Shown: one piece after another, positions 18,486-27,911 of the stretch
Layout of the letters: each line of letters opens with the position of its first letter
Numbering within the stretch: the first letter of the stretch is position 1
IMG/VR virus record: IMGVR_UViG_3300019854_000029
Span: 32,001-96,000 of that record
Reading direction: 5' to 3' (one strand)
DNA length: 64,000 nt
From: a virus
The notes under the pieces: generated by a model
The model's database searches: none
What the model was told of the DNA's origin: nothing
Seen by the model: the letters and a program-made list of their open reading frames with translations, nothing else
Translations under genes and position numbers: made by a program

Positions 18486-18518
18486 CGAAATGATTTCCTA
18501 AATAGGGACTCTATGGTG
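18486..18518 (-). promoter_or_regulatory. conserved promoter-like element, copy G (degenerate)
   Basis: Minus strand reads CACCATAGAGTCCCTATTTAGGAAATCATTTCG. CCATAG and TTTAGG are in register with copy D, but the -10 position is poor. Points toward gene 17258..18379. Confidence 0.3.
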
Positions 18519-18590
18519 TAACATATACACGTATCCAAACAACAATCCCCCTTATTCCAGACCAAAACACAAACCGAAAGGCACCCCATC

Positions 18591-19883
18591 ATGCCAAACG
18601 AACAAGTAAAAGGAACCCTCCTCGCCGTAGGCGTAACAGCCGCGTCAACAGCACTCCTTGTTGGGGGAATCATCGGCATTCACAACACTTACGAAAGCGC
18701 TACAGGCGTAGACCCCTCAACGGTGATCGACTTCCGCGCAAAGCAAGCCTCTGACGCGGCAGCAGGCGGTACCGGAGAGTTCAGCGATCACTGCCTCGTC
18801 ATGCGAGAGGGCTACATGATCGCCGTTCCATCCGCGAGCTGGACGACAGACGAGCAAGGTAACCCCGTCATGGACGCTCTGCCCCAAACCCTAAACTGGC
18901 AGTGGGTTAATACGACGCGCCAAAGCCCCGGTTGGAGCACGTTCCTCGACCCACTCACAGTTGGAAACACGTATCCCAAGGTTGCGACCCCTGACGGACG
19001 CACGCAAGACAATCTGAACGAATGGTTCGATGTCATTAAGAAGCACGTCCCCGGTTCGTACCCCGTGCCCGGAATGCTTCAAGTCGGCTATAAAGCAGAT
19101 TCTCGCCCCCAGCATGTTCTCGCCGCACACTGCGAATGGGATATGACTGTCTCTAGTCATGCAGACACGAACGTTGACGGCCCAACGCTTAGCGACAATG
19201 TGACTATCGGCGCAGCAGGGCAGGAGCGAGACGAAAGCGCCTCGTGGCTCGTTGTGAATGGCGAGAAAGCTCAAGTAACGGTTCATGGCCGCGCTTACCG
19301 AACGGCAGACAAGCCCGTTAAAGGCAACGACGTTCCGGCAGACGCGCAGCTCATCGGGGAAACAACCCTTGACTTCGCCGCACCCGGAACTAAGACCGCG
19401 ACCATCAACAAGCCGTCCAATCTTGACGGAGGCTACGTCACTTGGGTTTGGACTGTTGAAAAGAACAACCAGCCTGAAGAATGGGGTAAGTACCTCATTA
19501 ACGATGCTGTTTCTGACGGGTGGGCCGCTGAAAACGAGGTCGTTGAAATCCCTGAGACCCCTAAGCCCACGCCGAGCGTAACGCCTACACCTAGTGTTGT
19601 CACGCCGTCTCCTGAACCGAGCGTAACAACACCGTCCCCCAAACCGAGCGTAACAACGCCAGCCCCATCACCGAGCGAGTCCTCAACGCTGCCACCAGCA
19701 CCCGTCGAGAACAACACTCCCACCACTCCTCCGCAGTCAACTCCTGTTACTACGCCTAAGACACCCGAAACCCAAGCGAGCCTTGCGCATACAGGTTCTA
19801 TGGCCGCGCCACTCATCGAAGCAAGCGTTGTGATACTGGCAGGTGGTTTGACCATCGCGTTCAGGAAACGCAACGCAATCTGA
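18591..19883 (+). CDS. LAxTG (LAHTG) cell-wall-anchored surface protein
   Basis: N-terminal TM/signal. Pro/Thr/Ser linker PKPTPSVTPTPSVVTPSPEPSV. C-terminal LAHTG, hydrophobic helix and RKRNAI tail. Shares the VPADAxxIG...VTWVWxVxKNNQ domain with 23542..25854. Confidence 0.8.
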   Translation: MPNEQVKGTLLAVGVTAASTALLVGGIIGIHNTYESATGVDPSTVIDFRAKQASDAAAGGTGEFSDHCLVMREGYMIAVPSASWTTDEQGNPVMDALPQTLNWQWVNTTRQSPGWSTFLDPLTVGNTYPKVATPDGRTQDNLNEWFDVIKKHVPGSYPVPGMLQVGYKADSRPQHVLAAHCEWDMTVSSHADTNVDGPTLSDNVTIGAAGQERDESASWLVVNGEKAQVTVHGRAYRTADKPVKGNDVPADAQLIGETTLDFAAPGTKTATINKPSNLDGGYVTWVWTVEKNNQPEEWGKYLINDAVSDGWAAENEVVEIPETPKPTPSVTPTPSVVTPSPEPSVTTPSPKPSVTTPAPSPSESSTLPPAPVENNTPTTPPQSTPVTTPKTPETQASLAHTGSMAAPLIEASVVILAGGLTIAFRKRNAI

Positions 19884-19973
19884 ATATCCCGCCCATCGCA
19901 CGGAGCGCGGCGGCTCGTAACACTGTTTTTGTGGTGCGAGCCGTCGCCTTCCCCTAAAGGACTTAAGAAGAAA

Positions 19974-20912
19974 ATGATTCGTTCACCGTTTAAGCGAGCC
20001 TCACAAGCCGTCGATAACATCGACTATTCAACCGATGAGGGCAAAGACAAGGGCGCGCGCGTAGCCGTCATTCTCACACCTATCGCTATCGTGCTCACTG
20101 TCCTAGCGATAGTGGGGATTTGGCTGTTCGCGTCGGGGCGTTTCAACCCTGAGAAAGACGCTTTCCAAGAGGCCCAGAAGCAGCTTCAAGAAAACACTGA
20201 ACGGTCAGAAAAAGGCGTAGCAAACGCGGGAGTGGCCCGGCCCGTTAACACTGGCACAACGAACTGGACACTGTTCCCCGCTCTGCCCAGTGGCGCGTCG
20301 TGGGATACGTCTAACGTCGCGTATGACGACGGGTGCTTGAACCTCACCCAGCCCATTAAGAGCGATCTAGCGTCCGCATATAAGACCCTCGACGGCGCGG
20401 AAATGTACGCCGTCGCCTACAGCAAAGACCTCAACACCACTCCGGGCGGCTGCACAACCTCGACGCTAGAGGCTGGCTACTACTTCCTCTCAGACGGCGC
20501 ATCAAGCGTCTTGTACGTCGCTCATGTTGGTGACGCTAAGCGCGTGGACGCGGATAACGCGATCAACATGCAAACAGCGAACGGCTCATATGCGATCTGG
20601 GAACAGTTGTTCCGCAAGAGCGACGACGCGGGAAACCCCGTTGTCCGTAATCTCCCCGACGGATGGGATAGCGCGGCTCTCGTCGTCGGCTGGCATGATA
20701 CTCCCAGTAAGCAAGCCGCAACAATGTTCTCGGTTGCGCCATCGACGCTGTACGTCGCGTCCTATTCCACTCCGGTAGACGGTGGGACGGCGTTTGCTGC
20801 CGCGTGGCAGAGCGTGTCCACCTCACCAGCCCCGAAGGTTGTCCTGTTGAAGAACAGCCAGTCGGAAGGGCTTTTAACGGGTTCTCCCATGTGGTTTGTG
20901 AGTGTTGACTAG
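19974..20912 (+). CDS. N-terminally membrane-anchored extracellular protein, unknown function
   Basis: ORF 19929..20912 with internal ATG 19974. TM segment VAVILTPIAIVLTVLAIVGIWLF. Confidence 0.6.
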   Translation: MIRSPFKRASQAVDNIDYSTDEGKDKGARVAVILTPIAIVLTVLAIVGIWLFASGRFNPEKDAFQEAQKQLQENTERSEKGVANAGVARPVNTGTTNWTLFPALPSGASWDTSNVAYDDGCLNLTQPIKSDLASAYKTLDGAEMYAVAYSKDLNTTPGGCTTSTLEAGYYFLSDGASSVLYVAHVGDAKRVDADNAINMQTANGSYAIWEQLFRKSDDAGNPVVRNLPDGWDSAALVVGWHDTPSKQAATMFSVAPSTLYVASYSTPVDGGTAFAAAWQSVSTSPAPKVVLLKNSQSEGLLTGSPMWFVSVD

Positions 20913-20942
20913 CAACAACATGTCGGTGTTTTAAGGACCACA

Positions 20943-21536
20943 ATGAGTATTGGTATTTCTATAGGCGATCTGCAAGCAACAGCAGCTTCTATCCCGCACC
21001 AGATTCCCGCAACCCCCATGCACTTGTATAACGGGGTGACGATGCACAGTTATTGCGCGAGCGAACTAGCGCCCATTCTTCTCGCTAACAAGTACGGGGA
21101 CCCGTCGGTTAGTGACGACATGGTTCTCCAAGGTGGGGGCAGCGGTATTGCAAGCGTGAGGCTCCGTAACGGACTCGTGTCCATGCTGTGCAATCGCGGG
21201 CTGAACGTCGAAGCGGGTAGTGGCCGGTATCCGATGGTGAAGTACGGGGATTTTTATTTCACGCTCATCATCGAGTCCAGCAAGCCCATGTTCCGTCCAT
21301 ACATTGACAGCAAACTCCTGCTCCTGCGTTCGGGGAATAGTGTTTTACGTAAGCAAGTGCGCTCACTACTACGTGAGGCGGGGCGCTCAGGCGGTAAGAC
21401 ACGTTCGGACACTATGCGTCTCCTCGCGTCGATCTGTCGCGACGGGGTTCTCGCCCCACTTGAAGTCCAGTCCCTTGCTTCCCCTGAATTATGGGAACGT
21501 GCAAATATTCGCAGCGGTTTAACCGTAGACGCATAA
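20943..21536 (+). CDS. hypothetical protein (197 aa)
   Basis: ATG ORF. No motif recognised. Confidence 0.6.
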   Translation: MSIGISIGDLQATAASIPHQIPATPMHLYNGVTMHSYCASELAPILLANKYGDPSVSDDMVLQGGGSGIASVRLRNGLVSMLCNRGLNVEAGSGRYPMVKYGDFYFTLIIESSKPMFRPYIDSKLLLLRSGNSVLRKQVRSLLREAGRSGGKTRSDTMRLLASICRDGVLAPLEVQSLASPELWERANIRSGLTVDA

Positions 21537-21564
21537 GCAGCGTTGTAACGAAAGGAAAACGATC

Positions 21565-21789
21565 ATGGCATACAACCGCCCCATAGACGATTCTGGTTTT
21601 AGGAACTGGTGGGCTGAGCCTAATGTCGCGTTCGAGCAGGCAGACCCCCAGAAAGCATGGTTGTGGTACTGCCGTAACCGGCACACGTTCAAGACGACCG
21701 GCGTTGCCGCGTATGAAACGTACATGACTTACGGTTACCTGATCTGCGCTGAATGCGAAGATGGTGGCGCAGCAATCCGCCGCTACTGA
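21565..21789 (+). CDS. hypothetical small protein (74 aa)
   Basis: ATG preceded by GAAAGGAAAA. Contains C-x3-H...C-x2-C, a possible zinc-binding pattern. Confidence 0.5.
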   Translation: MAYNRPIDDSGFRNWWAEPNVAFEQADPQKAWLWYCRNRHTFKTTGVAAYETYMTYGYLICAECEDGGAAIRRY

Positions 21790-21803
21790 ACGAAGGAACC
21801 GTG

Positions 21804-22394
21804 ATGCGCGGGAGAGGATACCTGTCCAACCGGTCGATGAGTGTTAACGCGGCTATCGCTTACGAGAACGGCGAGAGGCCGATCAGTAAGTGGCGTAAAG
21901 ACGACATCTTGAACGGCTTAGGTCGTGAGCTTGTCGCCGCGTTAAACCTCGACCGGTATCCCGCTGCATTCTTGAAAGAAATGTACCTACAGCCTGTCGC
22001 TTGGCATCACACGAGCCGCCACTACAACGTGACGGACTTCTATGCGCTCAGGCAGACAGGTTCCATTCCTCAAGAACAAGCCTTACTTGCTTCCAGATAC
22101 CCAGAATGGGCGGAAGAGCAAGCTCGCATGAAGGCCGCGAAAGCGGTTAGGGAAGAGCCTGTTAAGGCCCTTGTCCGCTATCTCGTATGGCCTAAGACCG
22201 GCGGGAGTAAGAAGAAGCGCCCCTTGGTTCGTGAGGAGTACGCGATTTTGTTTCCGCCGTTCGCCTACCTTGCTTCCGGTACTCGCAAGAGGCTGGACGG
22301 TTCTCATTTCGAGGTGGTCCAGCGGTTTGAGGCTGCTCCTAGTGGGGCGGGTGAGGTTTTTGCGTTCATCGAGTCCCGACTCCCAAGAAAGTGA
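21804..22394 (+). CDS. hypothetical protein
   Basis: ORF 21753..22394. GTG 21801 / ATG 21804 follow GAAGGAA. Confidence 0.55.
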   Translation: MRGRGYLSNRSMSVNAAIAYENGERPISKWRKDDILNGLGRELVAALNLDRYPAAFLKEMYLQPVAWHHTSRHYNVTDFYALRQTGSIPQEQALLASRYPEWAEEQARMKAAKAVREEPVKALVRYLVWPKTGGSKKKRPLVREEYAILFPPFAYLASGTRKRLDGSHFEVVQRFEAAPSGAGEVFAFIESRLPRK

Positions 22395-22403
22395 CACACA
22401 CCA

Positions 22404-22436
22404 TGCCATAGTGCGACTATTTGTGTACAGCATGTG
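22404..22436 (+). promoter_or_regulatory. conserved promoter-like element, copy I
   Basis: tGCCATAGTGCGACTATTTGTGTACAGCATGTG, 70 nt upstream of ATG 22507. Confidence 0.5.
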
Positions 22437-22506
22437 TTATTGTTGCCTTGTACAAAACAGGAGCACCCACACGGGTGCGTACAACCGTAAAGGGAGGCAT
22501 AGACAA

Positions 22507-22815
22507 ATGCCCGCAACAATCAAACGCGCATGGACGCACGTCAAGAACTTCATCGAACGCCACGAACTCGCTTTCCTCACCCCATTCTTGGTCTTGTCGT
22601 TCCTCATGTACAAAGCCGAAGCAGGATACCCGGCAGACGGATACTCGTTTGGTGTCACAATCTTCTTCTTCGTAATGGTCTGCCTATACGCGGGTGCCAT
22701 CGCTGACCGCCTTGGGGTTTTCCCCGAAGAAGAAGAGGAAAAGGAAGAAGAATCGGCCAGCGACAAACCTGTTGAAAAAATCACTACACGAGGCCACTAC
22801 ACGTGGCGCGCGTAA
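22507..22815 (+). CDS. small two-TM membrane protein with acidic C-terminus
   Basis: Internal ATG of ORF 22171..22815, preceded by AAGGGAGG. Hydrophobic segments LAFLTPFLVLSFLMY and VTIFFFVMVCLYAGAI, then an EEEEEKEEE run. Confidence 0.6.
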   Translation: MPATIKRAWTHVKNFIERHELAFLTPFLVLSFLMYKAEAGYPADGYSFGVTIFFFVMVCLYAGAIADRLGVFPEEEEEKEEESASDKPVEKITTRGHYTWRA

Positions 22816-22877
22816 ACTTACCTAAAGAAACCAAACATTAGACGCACACAGCTCTGAAACCAGAAAGAAACCCAATC

Positions 22878-23537
22878 ATGTTCACCGCAGTAAAGCATTC
22901 GACCAACAAGCCCTATGGGCCTGTTGTAGGTTTCGTATGCGCACTTACTGTGGCGTTCGGTTTGCTTTTAGGTTCAGGGAGCCAGTCGGTAGCCGCCCAA
23001 GCGACCCCCAATGGGGATGAAAACGCATCCCTTAAAGGAACTGTCTCAGGTCTTTATAGTCTCGACGAAGCTGGACATGCGGTTGCCGGTGTTCCGATTC
23101 ATGTTGAACTCACGGGAAACGCTGTATTCACTGAGACTGCAACTAATGTTTGGGAAGGGGAGACGACGCTTGAGCCGCTTTCTCTTCAATGGGAAAGTGA
23201 CGGAACACAGCCTGTCTCCTATAAGGTCTATTTCGATTCGGCTAAGGAGATTCGCAGCCCGCTTTCCCGTTCAGAAGGGGTAGTTGCTCGTGAGGCTCAG
23301 AAAGTCTCGCAGTCGGTTCCTGTAGCTACAGCAGCGCAGTCTTACCCCGAGCATGATTATGCGACAGTGAAAACTGTTTCTCACACGCTCTTGATTATGC
23401 CGACGATTATGCTGCTGTTAGTTATTTCCATCTTGGGAGTAGCCCTAAGCTATTCCCGCACCAAGCCCCCGGTAGGGCAAAACGGTTTACATGCCTTACC
23501 GGTTTGTTTGCAAACAAGTACAACACGAAAGGAATGA
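22878..23537 (+). CDS. secreted protein with C-terminal TM, related to a domain of the downstream adhesin
   Basis: Signal peptide. VPIHVELTGNAVFTETATNVWEGETTLEPLSLQW parallels IPLRVELTGPAVFDETGSKTWTGVSTTAPETLHW in 23542..25854. Confidence 0.65.
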   Translation: MFTAVKHSTNKPYGPVVGFVCALTVAFGLLLGSGSQSVAAQATPNGDENASLKGTVSGLYSLDEAGHAVAGVPIHVELTGNAVFTETATNVWEGETTLEPLSLQWESDGTQPVSYKVYFDSAKEIRSPLSRSEGVVAREAQKVSQSVPVATAAQSYPEHDYATVKTVSHTLLIMPTIMLLLVISILGVALSYSRTKPPVGQNGLHALPVCLQTSTTRKE

Positions 23538-23541
23538 TGTT

Positions 23542-25854
23542 TTGACTACATCACCTACCCATGCGCGGCCCGCTCAGTCGAGCCGCTTCCGCCGAGCACT
23601 TTGGTCCCTTGGTGCTTGCGCGATTGTTGCTGGCAGTGCTTTCGGTGCTGCAAGCTCCATTCCATCAGTACAGCAGGCCGCGAACGCTGCCCCCGTCGGC
23701 GGTGGCCTGTACATCAACATCGGTGACGGCCACCAGTCGTGGATGGGTGGCTATCAGGCCCCCTCGAACGCCGATCAGGAATACCCCGTTTACTGTGTGC
23801 AGATGTGGCTCCCGAACCCCACGCCCGCTGACGTGGTAACGAAGGACACCCTGCATGAGTCTCGTATGCTCGGCCCCGAAGAGCTGCACTTGAACACTCA
23901 GCAGATGGCTTTCGTGTTCAGTCAGCACGCGAAGGACCAAGAGTCCGTGAATCAGGCCGCTGTTTCGCTTCTTGTTCACACGAACTTTGAGCAGAATCAG
24001 GCCGGACGCGACATTCAGGAGTCCGTGAACCACTACGTGAATCAGGTGAAGGCTCAGCGTATGGACGTGTACAACCGTGCAGTCCAGTACGCTGCTGAGG
24101 CTCGCTCTATCGCAACCAGCGGGTACACCGAAGGTGACGTTACTGGCGATAATGATCGTCATGGTCTCATTAAGGACATCAAGGGATACAACGAGCGCGG
24201 CGAGGCCGTTGCGAACATCCCACTCCGCGTCGAACTGACTGGTCCCGCAGTCTTTGACGAAACCGGTTCTAAGACTTGGACCGGCGTGAGCACCACTGCT
24301 CCCGAGACTCTTCACTGGACCGCAACCGGCAACGGTGAAGTTCAGGCCAAGATTTACTACACCTCCGGCATTCGTCGCACGTTCACGAAGTACGTTGTCG
24401 GCTGGGGCGTGCAGGAAACACTGTCCTACGGTGACCGTAACGCTGCTGCCGACCCCGAAGAGGTTGAGAAGCCTACTCGCAAGTGGAACGTCATCTTTGA
24501 CTTCCAGCCCGAAGGCACCTCGAACGTCGGTGAATCAAAGTACACCGACGGCAAGAACATTTCCGACACCCTGACCGCTTCCGCTAAGAAGGATTACGGT
24601 GACGGTAAGTGGCTCAAGATCGACGGCAAGAACGTCCCCGTCAAGTACGAAGGCACTGCCTACTACACTGGCGAGAACGCTCCCACCGCCGCTAACGAGG
24701 TTCCCGCCGACGCTAAGGCCATTGGTACCGCAACCCTGACGTTCGACGGTGAAGGCACCCAGACCGCCACCGTCACCCCCACCGAAGAACTCAAGCCCGG
24801 TTTCGTCACTTGGGTTTGGAAGGTCACCAAGAACAATCAGGGCGACTACTCGAAGTACATCCACGAGGACTGGACTGACGGTTACGCTGCCGCCAACGAG
24901 ACGAACAGCTTCCGCCACAAGGCCAAGATCAACACTGCTGCGTCTATCCGCACCACTCAGGGCGGCACCTACATGGTGGACGACATGTGGGTTGACGGCC
25001 TGCCCACCAACCACGGTGAGTTCACCGGCAACGCCGAGTTCGATAAGGACGGCGCAACCCTGAAGCAGGACCTCTTGTTCTTCCCCAAGGGCACTGAGGT
25101 TAAGGAAGCCAACAAGGACAAGGCCGAGGTCATTTCCTCGACCACCATCCCCGCCAAGAACGGTTTCTACCCGTCGATTGGCACCAACGGCTTCAAGCTG
25201 AAGGAAGGCGCTTCCGGCACTTACGTGTTCGTCACCTCGTTCGAGGGCGACAGCCGCGTTGAGGCTTACACCTCTAGCGTTGAGGACGTGACCGAACAGT
25301 ACACGGTCGATACCCCCGAAGAGACCCCGACCATCGGAACCACCGCCACCGACACCAAGGATGGCGACAAGGAAATCAACCCCACCGGCCCCGTGTCGAT
25401 CACTGACCGCGTGTGCTACGAGAACCTGAAGCCCGGTAAGGAATACACCCTGACCGGCACTCTGATGGACAAGACCACTGGTGAGGCTTTCCGTAACGAG
25501 AAGGGTGAGGACATTTCGTCCTCGACCACTTTCACCGCTAAGGAAGCTAAGGGCTGTGAGAACGTTGTTTTCGAGACCACTGGTGAGACCCTGAAGGGCC
25601 ACGACACTGTTGTTTTCGAGAACATGTTCTCTGACAACAAGCGCATCGCTGTCCACGCTGACATCAACGACGAGGGCCAGACCGTTCACCCGAAGGTCAC
25701 CCCCTCGACCACTGCTCCTGCTGCTCCTGCCCCCAAGGGCGGTAAGCTCGCACACACTGGTGCTATCACTGGTGGCGTGCTCGCTGTTGCGGGTGCCTCC
25801 GCTATTGGTGGTGGCGTTCTGCTCATGAAGCGTCGCCGCAACGAGGAGGACTGA
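23542..25854 (+). CDS. LAxTG-anchored adhesin with thioester-like (TQXA-type) domain and Thr-Gln ester-bond (VaFE repeat) domain
   Basis: ORF 23491..25854. TTG 23542 follows GAAAGGAA. Cys in EYPVYCVQMW and Gln in SVNQAAVSLLV fit a thioester pair. TIGTTATD...TVVFENM...HADINDEGQTVH fits the ester-bond domain signature HxDxxDxxQ. C-terminal LAHTG, TM helix and KRRRNEED. Confidence 0.8.
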   Translation: MTTSPTHARPAQSSRFRRALWSLGACAIVAGSAFGAASSIPSVQQAANAAPVGGGLYINIGDGHQSWMGGYQAPSNADQEYPVYCVQMWLPNPTPADVVTKDTLHESRMLGPEELHLNTQQMAFVFSQHAKDQESVNQAAVSLLVHTNFEQNQAGRDIQESVNHYVNQVKAQRMDVYNRAVQYAAEARSIATSGYTEGDVTGDNDRHGLIKDIKGYNERGEAVANIPLRVELTGPAVFDETGSKTWTGVSTTAPETLHWTATGNGEVQAKIYYTSGIRRTFTKYVVGWGVQETLSYGDRNAAADPEEVEKPTRKWNVIFDFQPEGTSNVGESKYTDGKNISDTLTASAKKDYGDGKWLKIDGKNVPVKYEGTAYYTGENAPTAANEVPADAKAIGTATLTFDGEGTQTATVTPTEELKPGFVTWVWKVTKNNQGDYSKYIHEDWTDGYAAANETNSFRHKAKINTAASIRTTQGGTYMVDDMWVDGLPTNHGEFTGNAEFDKDGATLKQDLLFFPKGTEVKEANKDKAEVISSTTIPAKNGFYPSIGTNGFKLKEGASGTYVFVTSFEGDSRVEAYTSSVEDVTEQYTVDTPEETPTIGTTATDTKDGDKEINPTGPVSITDRVCYENLKPGKEYTLTGTLMDKTTGEAFRNEKGEDISSSTTFTAKEAKGCENVVFETTGETLKGHDTVVFENMFSDNKRIAVHADINDEGQTVHPKVTPSTTAPAAPAPKGGKLAHTGAITGGVLAVAGASAIGGGVLLMKRRRNEED

Positions 25855-25889
25855 GCTGAGGTAATCTCAGTTCTGAGAATCAGTTAAAG

Positions 25890-25927
25890 GGAACGCCCCG
25901 CTTACGTCTTTGTGAGCGGGGCGTTCC
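25890..25927 (+). terminator. hairpin terminator after the adhesin gene
   Basis: Perfect 13-bp stem GGAACGCCCCGCT / AGCGGGGCGTTCC with a 12-nt loop. The downstream T-tract is weak. Confidence 0.6.
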
Positions 25928-26027
25928 TGTATCTTCATTAAACCACTGGTTGTTGCGCGCGCACCCATAGAGGGAACGGCCCCCGCGAGTGGCCTACTGC
26001 GCGGGCAAACCCTACGTGACACGCTCG

Positions 26028-26060
26028 GGCCATACTGCTACTATTTAGGTACAACACAAA
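26028..26060 (+). promoter_or_regulatory. conserved promoter-like element, copy B
   Basis: GGCCATACTGCTACTATTTAGGTACAACACAAA. The first 25 nt match copy A except one base. Followed by a C/A-rich leader to ATG 26156. Confidence 0.6.
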
Positions 26061-26155
26061 CCCGTAGGGCGCACCAACATCAACACAAACCCTTAAAACG
26101 CGCCACCAACACGCATTCCTTAAACACATCACACCCAACAGGACAGGACACGGCA

Positions 26156-27013
26156 ATGAACGTTTCGTTCCAGTTAGTACACTTCTCAGGCCACCGCGTA
26201 GACGCGGAAGCCGCAATCACCGCTAACGCGCTCAATGCAAGAGTCGATAAAGAGATCGTCCTACAAGGCACCATTGACTCGATAGCCTGCCGTAGTGACG
26301 GGGAGTTCGTAGACTCTCCCGTGCCGTTCACCGTGCAATACGTTGAGATCGCCGCCGTCATCCCCGCATACATCATCCGCGTCTATGACAACGAACACCG
26401 CATTCTCCTCAAAGACCTGCAAGACGGGCGGCTCACAACAGGCTCAGAAGAACACCTAGTGCGCCTGCTCGTAGAACGCGCGGGAGAAACGTATCTACAG
26501 TGGGCCGACGACCCGCGTAAGCATCACTACTACAGGGGACTGCCCTACAAGGACACTTACCGGGTACTTGATGGTAAGCTCGCGCAGGCGTGCCTCGTGC
26601 GCTACGGGAAGTCATTGCACCGCACTCTACGAGCCAACACGGGACTACACCATCAGGTCGTCACATGCCTGCTCACTATCCATAACCTCATGAGCGGCAC
26701 GAAGAGTGACCTAGAGAAAGAACGCTACTGCCTGAGCCTCGTGCGCATCTACCAAGGCAAAGCACAAGTCATCCCCTACGGGAGCCGCGCCTACAACAAC
26801 CCGCCAGCCGGTTCCATCGACATCGACTACGCGCTCATTCACACGCTGCCAATCCTGAAATACTCCGCGCCAGTTGACCCACACGAACGCGGAACAGTCT
26901 CGATCATCCACAAGTACAAAGCACTCGGATACTCCAAGACCGATATCGCTTTCATCCTCGGCCTAGACGAAACCAGCGTCGAAAACGCGCTCAAAGAACA
27001 ACCACGCTACTGA
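26156..27013 (+). CDS. C-terminal-HTH protein, paralog 1 of 3
   Basis: C-terminus SIIHKYKALGYSKTDIAFILGLDETSVENAL aligns with the C-termini of the next two genes. Confidence 0.6.
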   Translation: MNVSFQLVHFSGHRVDAEAAITANALNARVDKEIVLQGTIDSIACRSDGEFVDSPVPFTVQYVEIAAVIPAYIIRVYDNEHRILLKDLQDGRLTTGSEEHLVRLLVERAGETYLQWADDPRKHHYYRGLPYKDTYRVLDGKLAQACLVRYGKSLHRTLRANTGLHHQVVTCLLTIHNLMSGTKSDLEKERYCLSLVRIYQGKAQVIPYGSRAYNNPPAGSIDIDYALIHTLPILKYSAPVDPHERGTVSIIHKYKALGYSKTDIAFILGLDETSVENALKEQPRY

Positions 27014-27043
27014 CCAAACCCAACCACAACAACAGGAAAAACA

Positions 27044-27907
27044 ATGCAAACACAAACCACAAGCACGCCGTATGACCTCTATATGACGCTCTCCGAAATA
27101 GAGCTTTATTCAATAAGGGGGCAAATCCATTCATTCGTCAATCTCCGCACTGGCGTAAGGTCTCGACCTAAGCGCAACCTATACTTCACAGCTCGACGGG
27201 AAGATCGTTATGGGTTTACAACATGGGTTGTATCCTTGCGCACAGAAACCCCTCACTCAAAGACATTCTGGCGCATGAGCTTCAGTCCTCACCCCGGACA
27301 CATGTATGAGCCGAGTAGCTACGAATCCCTCCAAGAGGCAAAAACGGCAGTTACCAAAGCATTTTCAGCGTTCATGGACATGGGTGACCATACTGCCACC
27401 GGACACGCAAAGTGGGGCCTGTGCTACACCAACGTCCGAGTGCTCCTTAAAGCCAAGATTTTGCAGATGATTGCCCCTCAAGATGAGGTCGCAGCAAACA
27501 TCAACAGCTCGATAGTTCAGCGCCTTAGAGAAGATGCTCTCTCTGAAATTGTTGAAAAGCTCGAACAAGTAGCGCGCTACACCAGAGAACCATCAGGGCT
27601 TCCCACCCGGAAGGCTATGTACCGTGCGCTGGGAGTACGCATTACAGCCGACGGCAAAATCTCCGTCATCGGGGCCAGCCAACAGCAAACAAGAAATAAG
27701 AAACTTGGAATCGACTTCCGTTACGGCGAAGTCATGGACACGCCTATATATGCACTAGGCTGCTCTGACACCGACACAAGCATTTGGGCGTACACAAAAG
27801 AAGGGTATGCCGCGTCAGATATCTCCGCCGTACTCGGCCTCCCTACCGTGGCGGAAGTGAAGCGCATACAAAAACTTCCCGGCCTCACATGGAAGATGGG
27901 GGAGTGA
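27044..27907 (+). CDS. C-terminal-HTH protein, paralog 2 of 3
   Basis: RPKRNLYFTARREDRYGFTTWVVSL and IWAYTKEGYAASDISAVLGLPTVAEVKRI parallel paralog 3. Confidence 0.65.
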   Translation: MQTQTTSTPYDLYMTLSEIELYSIRGQIHSFVNLRTGVRSRPKRNLYFTARREDRYGFTTWVVSLRTETPHSKTFWRMSFSPHPGHMYEPSSYESLQEAKTAVTKAFSAFMDMGDHTATGHAKWGLCYTNVRVLLKAKILQMIAPQDEVAANINSSIVQRLREDALSEIVEKLEQVARYTREPSGLPTRKAMYRALGVRITADGKISVIGASQQQTRNKKLGIDFRYGEVMDTPIYALGCSDTDTSIWAYTKEGYAASDISAVLGLPTVAEVKRIQKLPGLTWKMGE

Positions 27908-27911
27908 AACC

